DNA of 30,430 nucleotides from a virus (IMGVR_UViG_3300045540_000020:1-30430); one strand, 5' to 3'; positions 18,633 through 25,754 are shown, counted from the first letter of the stretch. Notes: generated by a model from the letters alone, not told the origin. Made by a program: numbers and translations.

Positions 18633-19588
18633 TGACTCACCCAGTAACAGATGAAAAGTTTATAGCGGCATGGAACTCATGCGGATCAGTCACTAAGGTA
18701 GCTGATATTCTAGGCATTAATCACAGATTGGTTAATCGCAAGCGTAGAGACATCGAAAAGCGGCAAGGCATCCAATTGCTTGCCACTGCTAAAAATAGCC
18801 CTGATTTCAATGTAACTTTGCCAGCTAACGGCGTTAGAGTTAATGTTGGATTGGAATCAGGCGTTGTTATCGTTGGCTCAGATGCTCACTACTGGCCAGG
18901 CATTATCTCTACGGCTCATAGGGCCTTTGTGGTGGCTGTTAAAGAGCTAAACCCTAAGATGGTCATTATGAATGGTGACGCGTTTGATGGGGCTAATATC
19001 TCTCGTCATCCACGTACAGGATGGGAAGCCAGGCCTAGCGTTAAACAAGAGCTAGAGGCTTGCAGAGATCGTATCTGTGAGATTGAGGATGCTGCTGGTA
19101 ATGCCAAACTACATTGGACTTGGGGTAATCACGACATTCGCTGGAATAGCCGATTATCCTCACAGGCGCCAGAGTTTGAGGGCATCCACGGCATGAACTT
19201 GACGGATCACTTCCCACGCTGGAAGTTTTCTACTTCGGTGATGATAAATGACCACACTCAGATTAAGCACAGGAATTACAACGGAATTCACGCTGCTTAT
19301 AATGCTGTTGTTAAGTCTGGCGTGTCTACAGTCAATGGTCATCTACACTCTCTTAAAGTCACTCCTTGGACTGATCTGACAGGTACTCGCTACGGTGTCG
19401 ATACAGGCTCTCTAGCCGACGTATGGGGCGCTCAATTTGAATACACAGAGGACTCAACTCGCAATCATAGGAGCGGCTTTGTGGTGCTGACATTCTACGA
19501 AGGCAAGTTACTGCCTCCGGAGATGTTAGAGGTCATTGATGAGGATAAAGGTCTTGTGTGTTTTCGAGGGCAGGTGATCGCGGTTTAA
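18632..19588 (+). CDS. Calcineurin-like metallophosphoesterase with an N-terminal HTH-like segment
   Basis: SDAH, NGDAFD, GNHD and GHLH motifs in canonical order. Confidence 0.85.
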   Translation: MTHPVTDEKFIAAWNSCGSVTKVADILGINHRLVNRKRRDIEKRQGIQLLATAKNSPDFNVTLPANGVRVNVGLESGVVIVGSDAHYWPGIISTAHRAFVVAVKELNPKMVIMNGDAFDGANISRHPRTGWEARPSVKQELEACRDRICEIEDAAGNAKLHWTWGNHDIRWNSRLSSQAPEFEGIHGMNLTDHFPRWKFSTSVMINDHTQIKHRNYNGIHAAYNAVVKSGVSTVNGHLHSLKVTPWTDLTGTRYGVDTGSLADVWGAQFEYTEDSTRNHRSGFVVLTFYEGKLLPPEMLEVIDEDKGLVCFRGQVIAV

Positions 19589-19982
19589 TCCAGCTCGATG
19601 TCCAATCTGCTTTGACCGGCATAAGTCTGGCCCTGCGTTTAGCTAAATGCAGGTCTTTCTTATCTAAATCTTGATTAAGTCTATTCCTAGCTAATTGCGC
19701 TCTTTCCTTTGAGGTAAGAGGCGCAGGTCTAACAGCGTCGTTGTAGTTGCCAATACAAAACACAGGCACATAGACTTCTTTTATCTCTTTCTGTTCTTTT
19801 ATCCAGCTATCAATATAAACTAGCTTGATCTTGCGTAAATGCTTGACGTAGGATTTCATCCACTTGTTAGAGATAAAGAATTGCTTTTCTATCTCCGTGT
19901 ATGTTGATGGTGTCTCAAGTATTTTGAGCAACTTAGCCATTCTTATTTCTGATGGCTTTGTGTTGTATTTCATCTCATTCAT
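19533..19982 (-). CDS. Hypothetical protein, possibly winged-helix DNA-binding
   Basis: 149 aa basic ORF, last gene of the leftward operon; overlaps the convergent phosphoesterase gene by 56 nt. Confidence 0.6.
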   Translation of the reverse strand: MNEMKYNTKPSEIRMAKLLKILETPSTYTEIEKQFFISNKWMKSYVKHLRKIKLVYIDSWIKEQKEIKEVYVPVFCIGNYNDAVRPAPLTSKERAQLARNRLNQDLDKKDLHLAKRRARLMPVKADWTSSWIKPRSPALENTQDLYPHQ

Positions 19983-20280
19983 CTTTGACGAATACTCCGT
20001 TTGAATTTAAGAATCCTTTGCGGTCTTTAATCTCTGCATAAGCATCTTGCAAACAATGAACGATAGAAATGTCTTTGATGGCGCAATAGATTATTAGTGT
20101 CACTAAAACATCACCGACACCATCTCTAATTTGCAATGGATCATTTTTAATTTCAGCATCACATAGCTCACCTAGCTCACTAACTGTTTTCATTAGCTGG
20201 TTGGCTGCTTTACCGTTCTTAATAATCCCGCGAGCTTCTGCCCATCTAACAACATCTAACTCTAGTGATGTCCATGTCAT
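19975..20280 (-). CDS. MazG-like nucleotide pyrophosphohydrolase
   Basis: WAEARGI, K..SELGEL, DGVGDVLVTL and AYAEIKDRKG motifs. Confidence 0.85.
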   Translation of the reverse strand: MTWTSLELDVVRWAEARGIIKNGKAANQLMKTVSELGELCDAEIKNDPLQIRDGVGDVLVTLIIYCAIKDISIVHCLQDAYAEIKDRKGFLNSNGVFVKDE

Positions 20281-20480
20281 TTACATATCCTTTTCTTTGC
20301 ATCTCTAAAGTTAGACTCAAACATCCAGCCTACGCACTGTTTATCAATATCGGGTGATGTTACTGACGCTACACCTTCAGTAAATCCGCGATGATATTCG
20401 TTTTGCATTTTGTTCATGACAGCCAAGCCAATGCCAGGTATAGACGCAACAACCACAATTAAGATCATTCCCCAGCGCAT
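20277..20480 (-). CDS. Small membrane-anchored hypothetical protein
   Basis: 67 aa with a hydrophobic N-terminus; overlaps both neighbours in the operon. Confidence 0.6.
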   Translation of the reverse strand: MRWGMILIVVVASIPGIGLAVMNKMQNEYHRGFTEGVASVTSPDIDKQCVGWMFESNFRDAKKRICK

Positions 20481-20665
20481 AGCTGCCTAATCTTTTTAAC
20501 ATCAATGCCAAAGGTCTCATGTACTCGCAAGATGATTTCTGCTGATGGGACTATCTTCTTATTGCGAATCTTTGACAGCGTAGAGATACCGATCTTCATG
20601 TGTAAGGCAATAGCACGATCATTTTTGAAGCCATGATTTTTGATCAAATAATCTAACAATTCCAT
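20465..20665 (-). CDS. Cro/XRE-type helix-turn-helix regulator
   Basis: DRAIALHMKIGISTLSKIRN HTH pattern; AAAGGA RBS. Confidence 0.8.
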   Translation of the reverse strand: MELLDYLIKNHGFKNDRAIALHMKIGISTLSKIRNKKIVPSAEIILRVHETFGIDVKKIRQLCAGE

Positions 20666-20683
20666 TTTTATCCTTTGAAGGGA

Positions 20684-20714
20684 GGAATATTCTCAATTAT
20701 TTTGGAATATTCCA
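20684..20714. promoter_or_regulatory. Pair of GAATATTC palindromes, candidate operators
   Basis: GAATATTC at 20685 and 20705 (20 bp apart); the second extends to the perfect TGGAATATTCCA. Directly upstream of the HTH gene. Confidence 0.4.
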
Positions 20715-20728
20715 CTTAAATATTTAGT

Positions 20729-20800
20729 GCGGGGTCACCAGAACAAGCAAACATGAAGGAGAACTGGCCCCCGCTGCCGGAGTTACTCGCCACTACCGGC
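20729..20800 (-). ncRNA. Candidate two-hairpin structured RNA with an anti-SD loop
   Basis: GC-rich island. On the - strand: a GCCGG/CCGGC hairpin, then a GCGGGG-GCCAG / CTGG-TGA-CCCCGC stem with loop UUCUCCUUCAUGUUUGCUUGUU. Confidence 0.4.
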
Positions 20801-21244
20801 TAGGCGTGCAAACATCAAGCTATTTATTTCTTTATGCCTTTGTTTGTGGCATGGCTGACATAACCATACTACGTCTAAAGGCTTGTCATAATCTTCATGA
20901 TGAGCTAACGATTTTAATGAGTTGCATTTACAACATGGCTGCCTAACTAAAACTCCAGATTTAATTGCCCTTGCAACTGCGTTATGACATTTTGTGCGTC
21001 TTTTATCTGCTTTTCTCCATGCTGCATTCACCTCATCTGCTAATTTTTTTCTAGCAGGTAATTTTGATCTCTCTTTATCATAAGAACGTATTTTTTCAAT
21101 ATTTTTTAATCTATGCTCAAGAACATCTTTTTTATTACATTCTTTGCATTTATTTACATGACCATCAGCCATTGCTGAATGAGCATAAAACTCATCTAGT
21201 GGCTTGATGGTCAGACACTTAAAGCATTGTTTTGAATGAATCAT
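20783..21244 (-). CDS. Zn-binding HNH-like endonuclease
   Basis: CFKC...CKEC N-terminal finger and C-terminal CCKC...AHHEDYDKPLDVVWLCQPCH. Confidence 0.7.
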   Translation of the reverse strand: MIHSKQCFKCLTIKPLDEFYAHSAMADGHVNKCKECNKKDVLEHRLKNIEKIRSYDKERSKLPARKKLADEVNAAWRKADKRRTKCHNAVARAIKSGVLVRQPCCKCNSLKSLAHHEDYDKPLDVVWLCQPCHKQRHKEINSLMFARLAGSGE

Positions 21245-21287
21245 GCTATATCCTTTGTGTGGAGAATATAGCTATTATAGACCCATT

Positions 21288-21527
21288 CTAATTAAAAGGT
21301 ATATCGTCAATATCTAACGGTTTTTCTTCTACTGTTTTCTTTGCTTCCTTCAACTTAAATGAGCAGCTCATAAACTTGCCAGACTTACCTTCTTTTAGCC
21401 AAGCTGATACATAAACTGGATTACCTGCTAAGTCTTTACCGTCGCCTGAGTAGTCAGGATGTGTATCGCTTTGCTTTTGTTGATTCTTGAAAAGTGAGAA
21501 GCTGCCTGGTTTTGGATCGTATGCCAT
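21288..21527 (-). CDS. Small ssDNA-binding-like protein (DUF736-like)
   Basis: HPDYSG, SAWLKEGKSGKFMS and an SSB-type acidic tail DDIPF; adjacent to erf. Confidence 0.7.
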   Translation of the reverse strand: MAYDPKPGSFSLFKNQQKQSDTHPDYSGDGKDLAGNPVYVSAWLKEGKSGKFMSCSFKLKEAKKTVEEKPLDIDDIPFN

Positions 21528-21536
21528 GATTTACCT

Positions 21537-22199
21537 TTATCGTGTGGTGAATTTCTTAATTGCTGCGCGTTGCTTAGTTTCAAACAAAGACCAAAAAGCT
21601 GTTTTATGATCTGGGTCTAAATCTAATTCTTTAATCCAATCTACTGCACCTTCCAAGTCATCTTTTGCAAGCATTGAAAGAGCTGGCATTGCTGCATTTC
21701 GCAACATTTCTTGATCTTCAGGTGACATAGAATTAAATACATCTACTGTAATCGGTGTAGCTGATTTAGGTTTAGCAGGTATAGTTTCTGTAGGCTCGCT
21801 AGAATCAATTGCATCGTGTTCAACTATCTCAAGTGCTGTGACGTATAAGTAACGGCGGCTATAGGTCTCTACGGCCCCTAGATTCTGGATAGGGTGGCAA
21901 CCTTTAAGCTGCGCTTCTGCCATTGGGCTAGTAAACGTCACGCAGCCACCATTCTCAGTATCAATGATGCGTAGAGTAGCCAGTTCAGCACCAAACGATA
22001 CTACAGGACAAAGTTTTAACTCAAAAAAAATTGACTGAATGGCTGGCAGGAAGTCACCAAGCTCAAAGTATTTGTAACCTGCAAATTTATTATGGCCTGA
22101 TTTTTTTAACTCTGTGTGCTGCAATTTGATACGGGCTTTTTGCAGTTTTTCGTAGACTAGCCATTGTTGCTGTTCTTCTTGCTCTTGTTGCTGGCGCAT
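21537..22199 (-). CDS. erf: ERF-family single-strand annealing protein
   Basis: KKSGHNKFAGYKYFELGD and QNLGAVETYSRRYLY...EHD motifs. Confidence 0.85.
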   Translation of the reverse strand: MRQQQEQEEQQQWLVYEKLQKARIKLQHTELKKSGHNKFAGYKYFELGDFLPAIQSIFFELKLCPVVSFGAELATLRIIDTENGGCVTFTSPMAEAQLKGCHPIQNLGAVETYSRRYLYVTALEIVEHDAIDSSEPTETIPAKPKSATPITVDVFNSMSPEDQEMLRNAAMPALSMLAKDDLEGAVDWIKELDLDPDHKTAFWSLFETKQRAAIKKFTTR

Positions 22200-22211
22200 G
22201 ATTATTTACCT

Positions 22212-22385
22212 TTATTTGAATTTTTTAGCGATGACAGTATTGAGTGTCCGAAGGTTCGATACAGTTTGAATTTCCGCACTCTTAGCCTGCTCCTTGCGAA
22301 TACGGTCAAAAGTCTTAGCCACATTTGTCTTGCTAGAGTGAACATATTTAAACCTTGGGTCTAAGATTGATTTAGTGTCGTTCAT
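22212..22385 (-). CDS. Hypothetical basic protein
   Basis: Start MNDTKSILDPRFKY at 22385 follows TAAGGAG; the longer track ORF overlaps another gene. Confidence 0.65.
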   Translation of the reverse strand: MNDTKSILDPRFKYVHSSKTNVAKTFDRIRKEQAKSAEIQTVSNLRTLNTVIAKKFK

Positions 22386-22393
22386 TTCTCTCC

Positions 22394-22492
22394 TTATTGA
22401 ATGTAAGAAACTAAAAGATATCCTGCAATCAATAAAACTGCAATCACTTTCGGATGTCTTGCAAGCCAATCATCAGTAGCTAATAGTTTCAT
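22394..22492 (-). CDS. 32 aa single-TM peptide (not in ORF track)
   Basis: MKLLATDDWLARHPKVIAVLLIAGYLLVSYIQ*; ATGA overlap with the upstream gene; its stop runs into the next RBS. Confidence 0.55.
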   Translation of the reverse strand: MKLLATDDWLARHPKVIAVLLIAGYLLVSYIQ

Positions 22493-22680
22493 TGTTGTTC
22501 TTCTTTCATTTTTAAAAAGTTGGCTGTAGTGTATGGAACGCCGATAATTGTTGCTTTGCGTTGGACATCCCACAAGTGATTGATAAACTGTCCTAAATGA
22601 TTAAACTCAGTGCCTAGTTCCTCATTGATTTGATCTAGAGCTATTGCCATTCCTGCCTCAATTCCTTCAGAGTAAGTCAC
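22489..22680 (-). CDS. Hypothetical protein
   Basis: 63 aa; GTG start preceded by GGAGG. Confidence 0.6.
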   Translation of the reverse strand: MTYSEGIEAGMAIALDQINEELGTEFNHLGQFINHLWDVQRKATIIGVPYTTANFLKMKEEQQ

Positions 22681-22825
22681 TTTTCATGCCTCCAAAAAAC
22701 CATTTATCGAATTTTGCGTTATCTGATGATTCGCTTGCTTCTCTTGCTGCTACCCAAAGTGCGTCTGCTTCATCTTCTTGATACGCTGCCAGGCAAACTA
22801 ACAGGTCATCTAGTTCTTCAATCAT
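22667..22825 (-). CDS. 52 aa acidic protein, first gene of the leftward operon (not in ORF track)
   Basis: MIEELDDLLVCLAAYQEDEADALWVAAREASESSDNAKFDKWFFGGMKSDLL*; GGAG RBS; just downstream of the promoter. Confidence 0.6.
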   Translation of the reverse strand: MIEELDDLLVCLAAYQEDEADALWVAAREASESSDNAKFDKWFFGGMKSDLL

Positions 22826-22852
22826 TTCTATCTCCGTCGTTGGTATGACTGA

Positions 22853-22881
22853 ACTATAGCGATATACGTTATTCGCCGCAA
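22853..22881 (-). promoter_or_regulatory. Sigma70-type leftward early promoter
   Basis: TTGCGG-17 bp-TATAGT on the - strand with AT-rich sequence upstream. Confidence 0.65.
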
Positions 22882-22925
22882 GAAATACTTTTCTATGAAT
22901 ATTTGTTCATCGATAGCAACAATCA

Positions 22926-22953
22926 ATGACACAAAACTATAAACATGTATATT
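22926..22953 (+). promoter_or_regulatory. Possible rightward promoter
   Basis: ATGACA-16 bp-TATATT in the divergent intergenic region; weak match. Confidence 0.3.
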
Positions 22954-23086
22954 ATTTAGCTGTCTACCCGCCTAATTAGGGTTATTTAAGCGGGGGCAAA
23001 ATAGCAGGAATAGCACCGTCACACGGTCTAAGGTGTTTTTAAAAAAGAGAGATTTTTATGAGTTTGTGGCGCAAAAGGAGAAAAAA

Positions 23087-23473
23087 ATGGACTTACCAAA
23101 GAAAGATAGTCGCAGATACCAAATTTGTGTGGCTTTTGCTAATTCTGGCACGATGACATTACATAGTGTAGTGGAGGAATACGGTCTATTTGGCTTTAGA
23201 GACAAGAAGCGGCTTTCATCTGAGATGAACTACTTATGCACTACTGGCTGCATTAAGAAGCTCAAAGAGGCTTATATGCCTACCTATGAGCTGCGGCTGG
23301 CTGTACAGTCGTTTGATAAGCCTGGACTGGTTAAACCACGCGAAGCAGTCCCATTTCGGGAGCTGTCTGACAAGTTTATGCTGCCGAAGGTTAGCCCACG
23401 CGGTGAGCCACTTAGGGAAATTTCATACATTGGGTTAGGAGCAAGCATTGCAGATCATGTCTACCGCTTCTAA
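23087..23473 (+). CDS. Hypothetical protein, possibly winged-helix
   Basis: ATG 23087 follows AAGGAG (track start 23033 less likely). Confidence 0.65.
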   Translation: MDLPKKDSRRYQICVAFANSGTMTLHSVVEEYGLFGFRDKKRLSSEMNYLCTTGCIKKLKEAYMPTYELRLAVQSFDKPGLVKPREAVPFRELSDKFMLPKVSPRGEPLREISYIGLGASIADHVYRF

Positions 23474-23600
23474 AAAGCCTATTCCTGATTATGTTTTTAA
23501 ACAAAAAGCGTGTCCAGGATGCAAGAGAACAAGATCAGAAAAGAACTTTGAAGGTGGTGATCTATGTAGGATTTGCGTACTTAGAAAAGTTCAGATATAG
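23457..23600 (+). CDS. 47 aa zinc-ribbon protein (not in ORF track)
   Basis: MSTASKKPIPDYVFKQKACPGCKRTRSEKNFEGGDLCRICVLRKVQI*, two CxxC pairs. Confidence 0.55.
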   Translation: MSTASKKPIPDYVFKQKACPGCKRTRSEKNFEGGDLCRICVLRKVQI

Positions 23601-23601
23601 T
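23573..23601 (+). promoter_or_regulatory. Sigma70-type promoter for the structured leader and replication operon
   Basis: TTGCGT-17 bp-TATAGT, nearly the same hexamers as the leftward promoter. Confidence 0.6.
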
Positions 23602-23605
23602 TGTA

Positions 23606-23713
23606 GTGTGCTTGACGGCACACAAAACGAGTAAGCCTTAGATGGGACTCTGCTGGTTACTCACCAGTCCGTCAACACCAGAAATGGTGAGAGTCTCACC
23701 TAGGGCTTTTTTT
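23606..23713 (+). ncRNA. c4-antisense-like structured RNA (upstream target hairpin, three-way junction, U-tract)
   Basis: Four stems readable by eye, a GAAA tetraloop, a T7 tail, and two single-stranded seeds complementary to upstream sites. Structure is seen; the family assignment is by analogy. Confidence 0.6.
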
Positions 23714-23726
23714 ATTGGAAAAGCAA

Positions 23727-24344
23727 ATGAAAATTAAAAACTGGTCAAAATTTCAACATTTTAAAGACCGTAGACCACCTTGGGTAAAGCTGTATAGAGA
23801 CATTCTTGATGATGTTGAATGGTTTGAATTAGACCCGAAACTAGCAAAAATACTTGTAATGCTTTGGTTAATTGCAAGCGAAGAACAAGATGGAATTTTG
23901 CCAGATGCTAAAAAGTTAGCATTTCGTTTGAGACTTTCTGAAAAGGAAATTAATTCTGCAATTATCGGCTTGTCTCATTGGCTGGAACAGTCTGATATCG
24001 ATGGGATATCATCAGGATATCAAGATGATCTACCAGAGACAGAGACAGAGAAAGAGAAAGAGGAGAGAGAAAAGAAAGAAAAGTTAGCGCAAGATGTAAA
24101 ACTTGGCTTTATTGAGTTTTGGAAATGTTATCCAAAAAAGATAGCAAAGCCAAATGCAGAAAAAGCATGGATGAAGATTGCTCCAGATGTTGATTTAACG
24201 AAAAGAATAATTCATGCGATTTCTGAACAAAAACTTCTTGAACGTGAGGAGCAGTTTATTCCTTACCCTGCAAGTTGGCTCAATGCTCGACGTTGGGAAG
24301 ATCAAACTCAAGCAACTCAACAAAATCATAAGTGGTGGAAATAA
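23727..24344 (+). CDS. Phage replication initiator (replisome organiser-like)
   Basis: IKNWSKFQHFKDRRPPWVKLY N-terminus, low-complexity ETETEKEKE linker, C-terminal FIEFWKCYPKK...PYPASWLNARRWED; upstream of primase and helicase genes. Confidence 0.75.
   Translation: MKIKNWSKFQHFKDRRPPWVKLYRDILDDVEWFELDPKLAKILVMLWLIASEEQDGILPDAKKLAFRLRLSEKEINSAIIGLSHWLEQSDIDGISSGYQDDLPETETEKEKEEREKKEKLAQDVKLGFIEFWKCYPKKIAKPNAEKAWMKIAPDVDLTKRIIHAISEQKLLEREEQFIPYPASWLNARRWEDQTQATQQNHKWWK
23994..24083. other. Candidate replication origin inside the initiator gene
   Basis: GATATC at 23994, 24005 and 24016 (11-bp period), degenerate GATCTA at 24027, then a 49-nt purine tract. Confidence 0.45.
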
Positions 24345-24763
24345 TGAGCTTAGACAATCTTATCGGTAGGTTATCTAAGGTCAGAGGCAAGAACGGTTCT
24401 TATACCGCTTGCTGTCCAGCTCATGACGATAAACATCCATCTTTAGCGATTAGAGAACTTGATGATGGCCGAATTCTATTGAAATGCTTTTCTGGTTGTT
24501 CAGTGTCAGAAATTTGTGGCGCTGTTGGCATTGATCTGTCAGAGTTATTCCCCCCTGACGATAATTTTAGGCAAATAGCTTCCCCTGTAAAAAAACCTTT
24601 CTACGCTGCTGATCTTATCAAGTTATTAGCGTTTGAAGCTATGGTTGTTGGGGTTGCTGCTAATTCGTTGGCTAACGGTAACGCTTTAAGTCAGATTGAT
24701 CTTGATCGAATGAAAGTTGCTCAAATGAGAATTATGGAAGTAGTGGGGTATATCAATGATTGA
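24344..24763 (+). CDS. Primase zinc-binding-domain (CHC2-like) protein
   Basis: ACCPAHDDKHPSL...LLKCFSGC; no TOPRIM domain evident; TAATG coupling at 24344. Confidence 0.75.
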   Translation: MSLDNLIGRLSKVRGKNGSYTACCPAHDDKHPSLAIRELDDGRILLKCFSGCSVSEICGAVGIDLSELFPPDDNFRQIASPVKKPFYAADLIKLLAFEAMVVGVAANSLANGNALSQIDLDRMKVAQMRIMEVVGYIND

Positions 24764-25754
24764 GCAAATAGCTGAAAGGCTTGATGAGGCTAGAAAACTC
24801 AGATTGATTAAACCTCAAGATATTGACATTGATAAATATCTGAAGAACACTGACGTATCAGCTAAGGTGAAATCCGTGTCTGTCTACATGGATGGCGTAG
24901 TTGATGGACTAATTAATCCTAGCTCAGATGATATATGCCCTATGCCGTGGCCTATAACGCACCAGGACTTCAATTTCAGGCTAGGTGAGGTGACGGTATA
25001 TGCTGGCTCAAACGGAGGCGGCAAGAGCCTTATAACGGGCTTAATAGGCCTTCATTTGATAAAGCTAGGTAAGCGTGTTTGCATTGCATCGTTTGAGATG
25101 AAACCGCAGACCACAATTTTGCGGATGATGCGTCAATTTTGTGGTGAGAATTTAAACGATCCTTTGGTGAACGATAGAAATAACTATGTAAAAAGCATAG
25201 GCAATAGATTTTTATCATTTGCTTCTGAGAATTGTTTTATCTACGATCAACAAGGTAGCACCACGCCACAGATGACGATAGCAATGGCTAGGTATTGCGC
25301 TGTCGAGTTAGGAATACAGCACATTTTTATCGATAGTTTGATGAAATGTGTAATGTCTGAGGATGATCTGAACGAGCAAAAATCATTTGTGAACGAATTG
25401 TGTGCGGTTGCTAGAGATCATAACGTGCATATTCACTTAGTTCATCATATTCGCAAACTGCAAAGCGAGGAGGTACAACCTGGTAAGAATGATTTAAAAG
25501 GTTCAGGTTCTATTGCCGACCAGGTTGACAATGTATTTTTAGTTTGGAGAAACAAAAAGAAAGAAAACAATCGACGTAACGGTATGCAGTACGAAGAATC
25601 TGATCCAGATACGTTTTTAATGTGCCAAAAGCAGCGTAACGGTGAAGCAGAGGAATTTTACGGATTGTTCTATCACCACAATAGTCAGCAATTTATTGAG
25701 AAGTTAGGCGGTCAGCCATTCGATTTTGATAACAAAGGACGGTTTCGTGCATGA
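24756..25754 (+). CDS. DnaB-like (SF4) replicative helicase
   Basis: Walker A GSNGGGKS, SFEM, Walker B IFIDSL, HLVHHIRK, LKGSGSIADQVD and KQRNG. Confidence 0.9.
   Translation: MIEQIAERLDEARKLRLIKPQDIDIDKYLKNTDVSAKVKSVSVYMDGVVDGLINPSSDDICPMPWPITHQDFNFRLGEVTVYAGSNGGGKSLITGLIGLHLIKLGKRVCIASFEMKPQTTILRMMRQFCGENLNDPLVNDRNNYVKSIGNRFLSFASENCFIYDQQGSTTPQMTIAMARYCAVELGIQHIFIDSLMKCVMSEDDLNEQKSFVNELCAVARDHNVHIHLVHHIRKLQSEEVQPGKNDLKGSGSIADQVDNVFLVWRNKKKENNRRNGMQYEESDPDTFLMCQKQRNGEAEEFYGLFYHHNSQQFIEKLGGQPFDFDNKGRFRA

Noticed and set aside
20782-21310. Trans target of the c4-like RNA on the leftward transcript (GGCGAGTAAC near 20782-20791 and TTGACG at 21305-21310)
   Set aside because: The two sites are about 500 nt apart, the second is dictated by the IDDIPF codons, and 6-7 nt matches are expected by chance in 30 kb. 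Worth revisiting only if HNH-less relatives bring the sites together.
19533-23473. Lysogeny module (integrase, CI repressor, att site)
   Set aside because: No recombinase or peptidase-bearing repressor is visible, only a 66 aa HTH. Lifestyle cannot be determined from this window.
23635-23713. tRNA
   Set aside because: Cloverleaf-like at first sight, but it has only two arms on a long closing stem, with no TTC T-loop, anticodon arm or CCA end.
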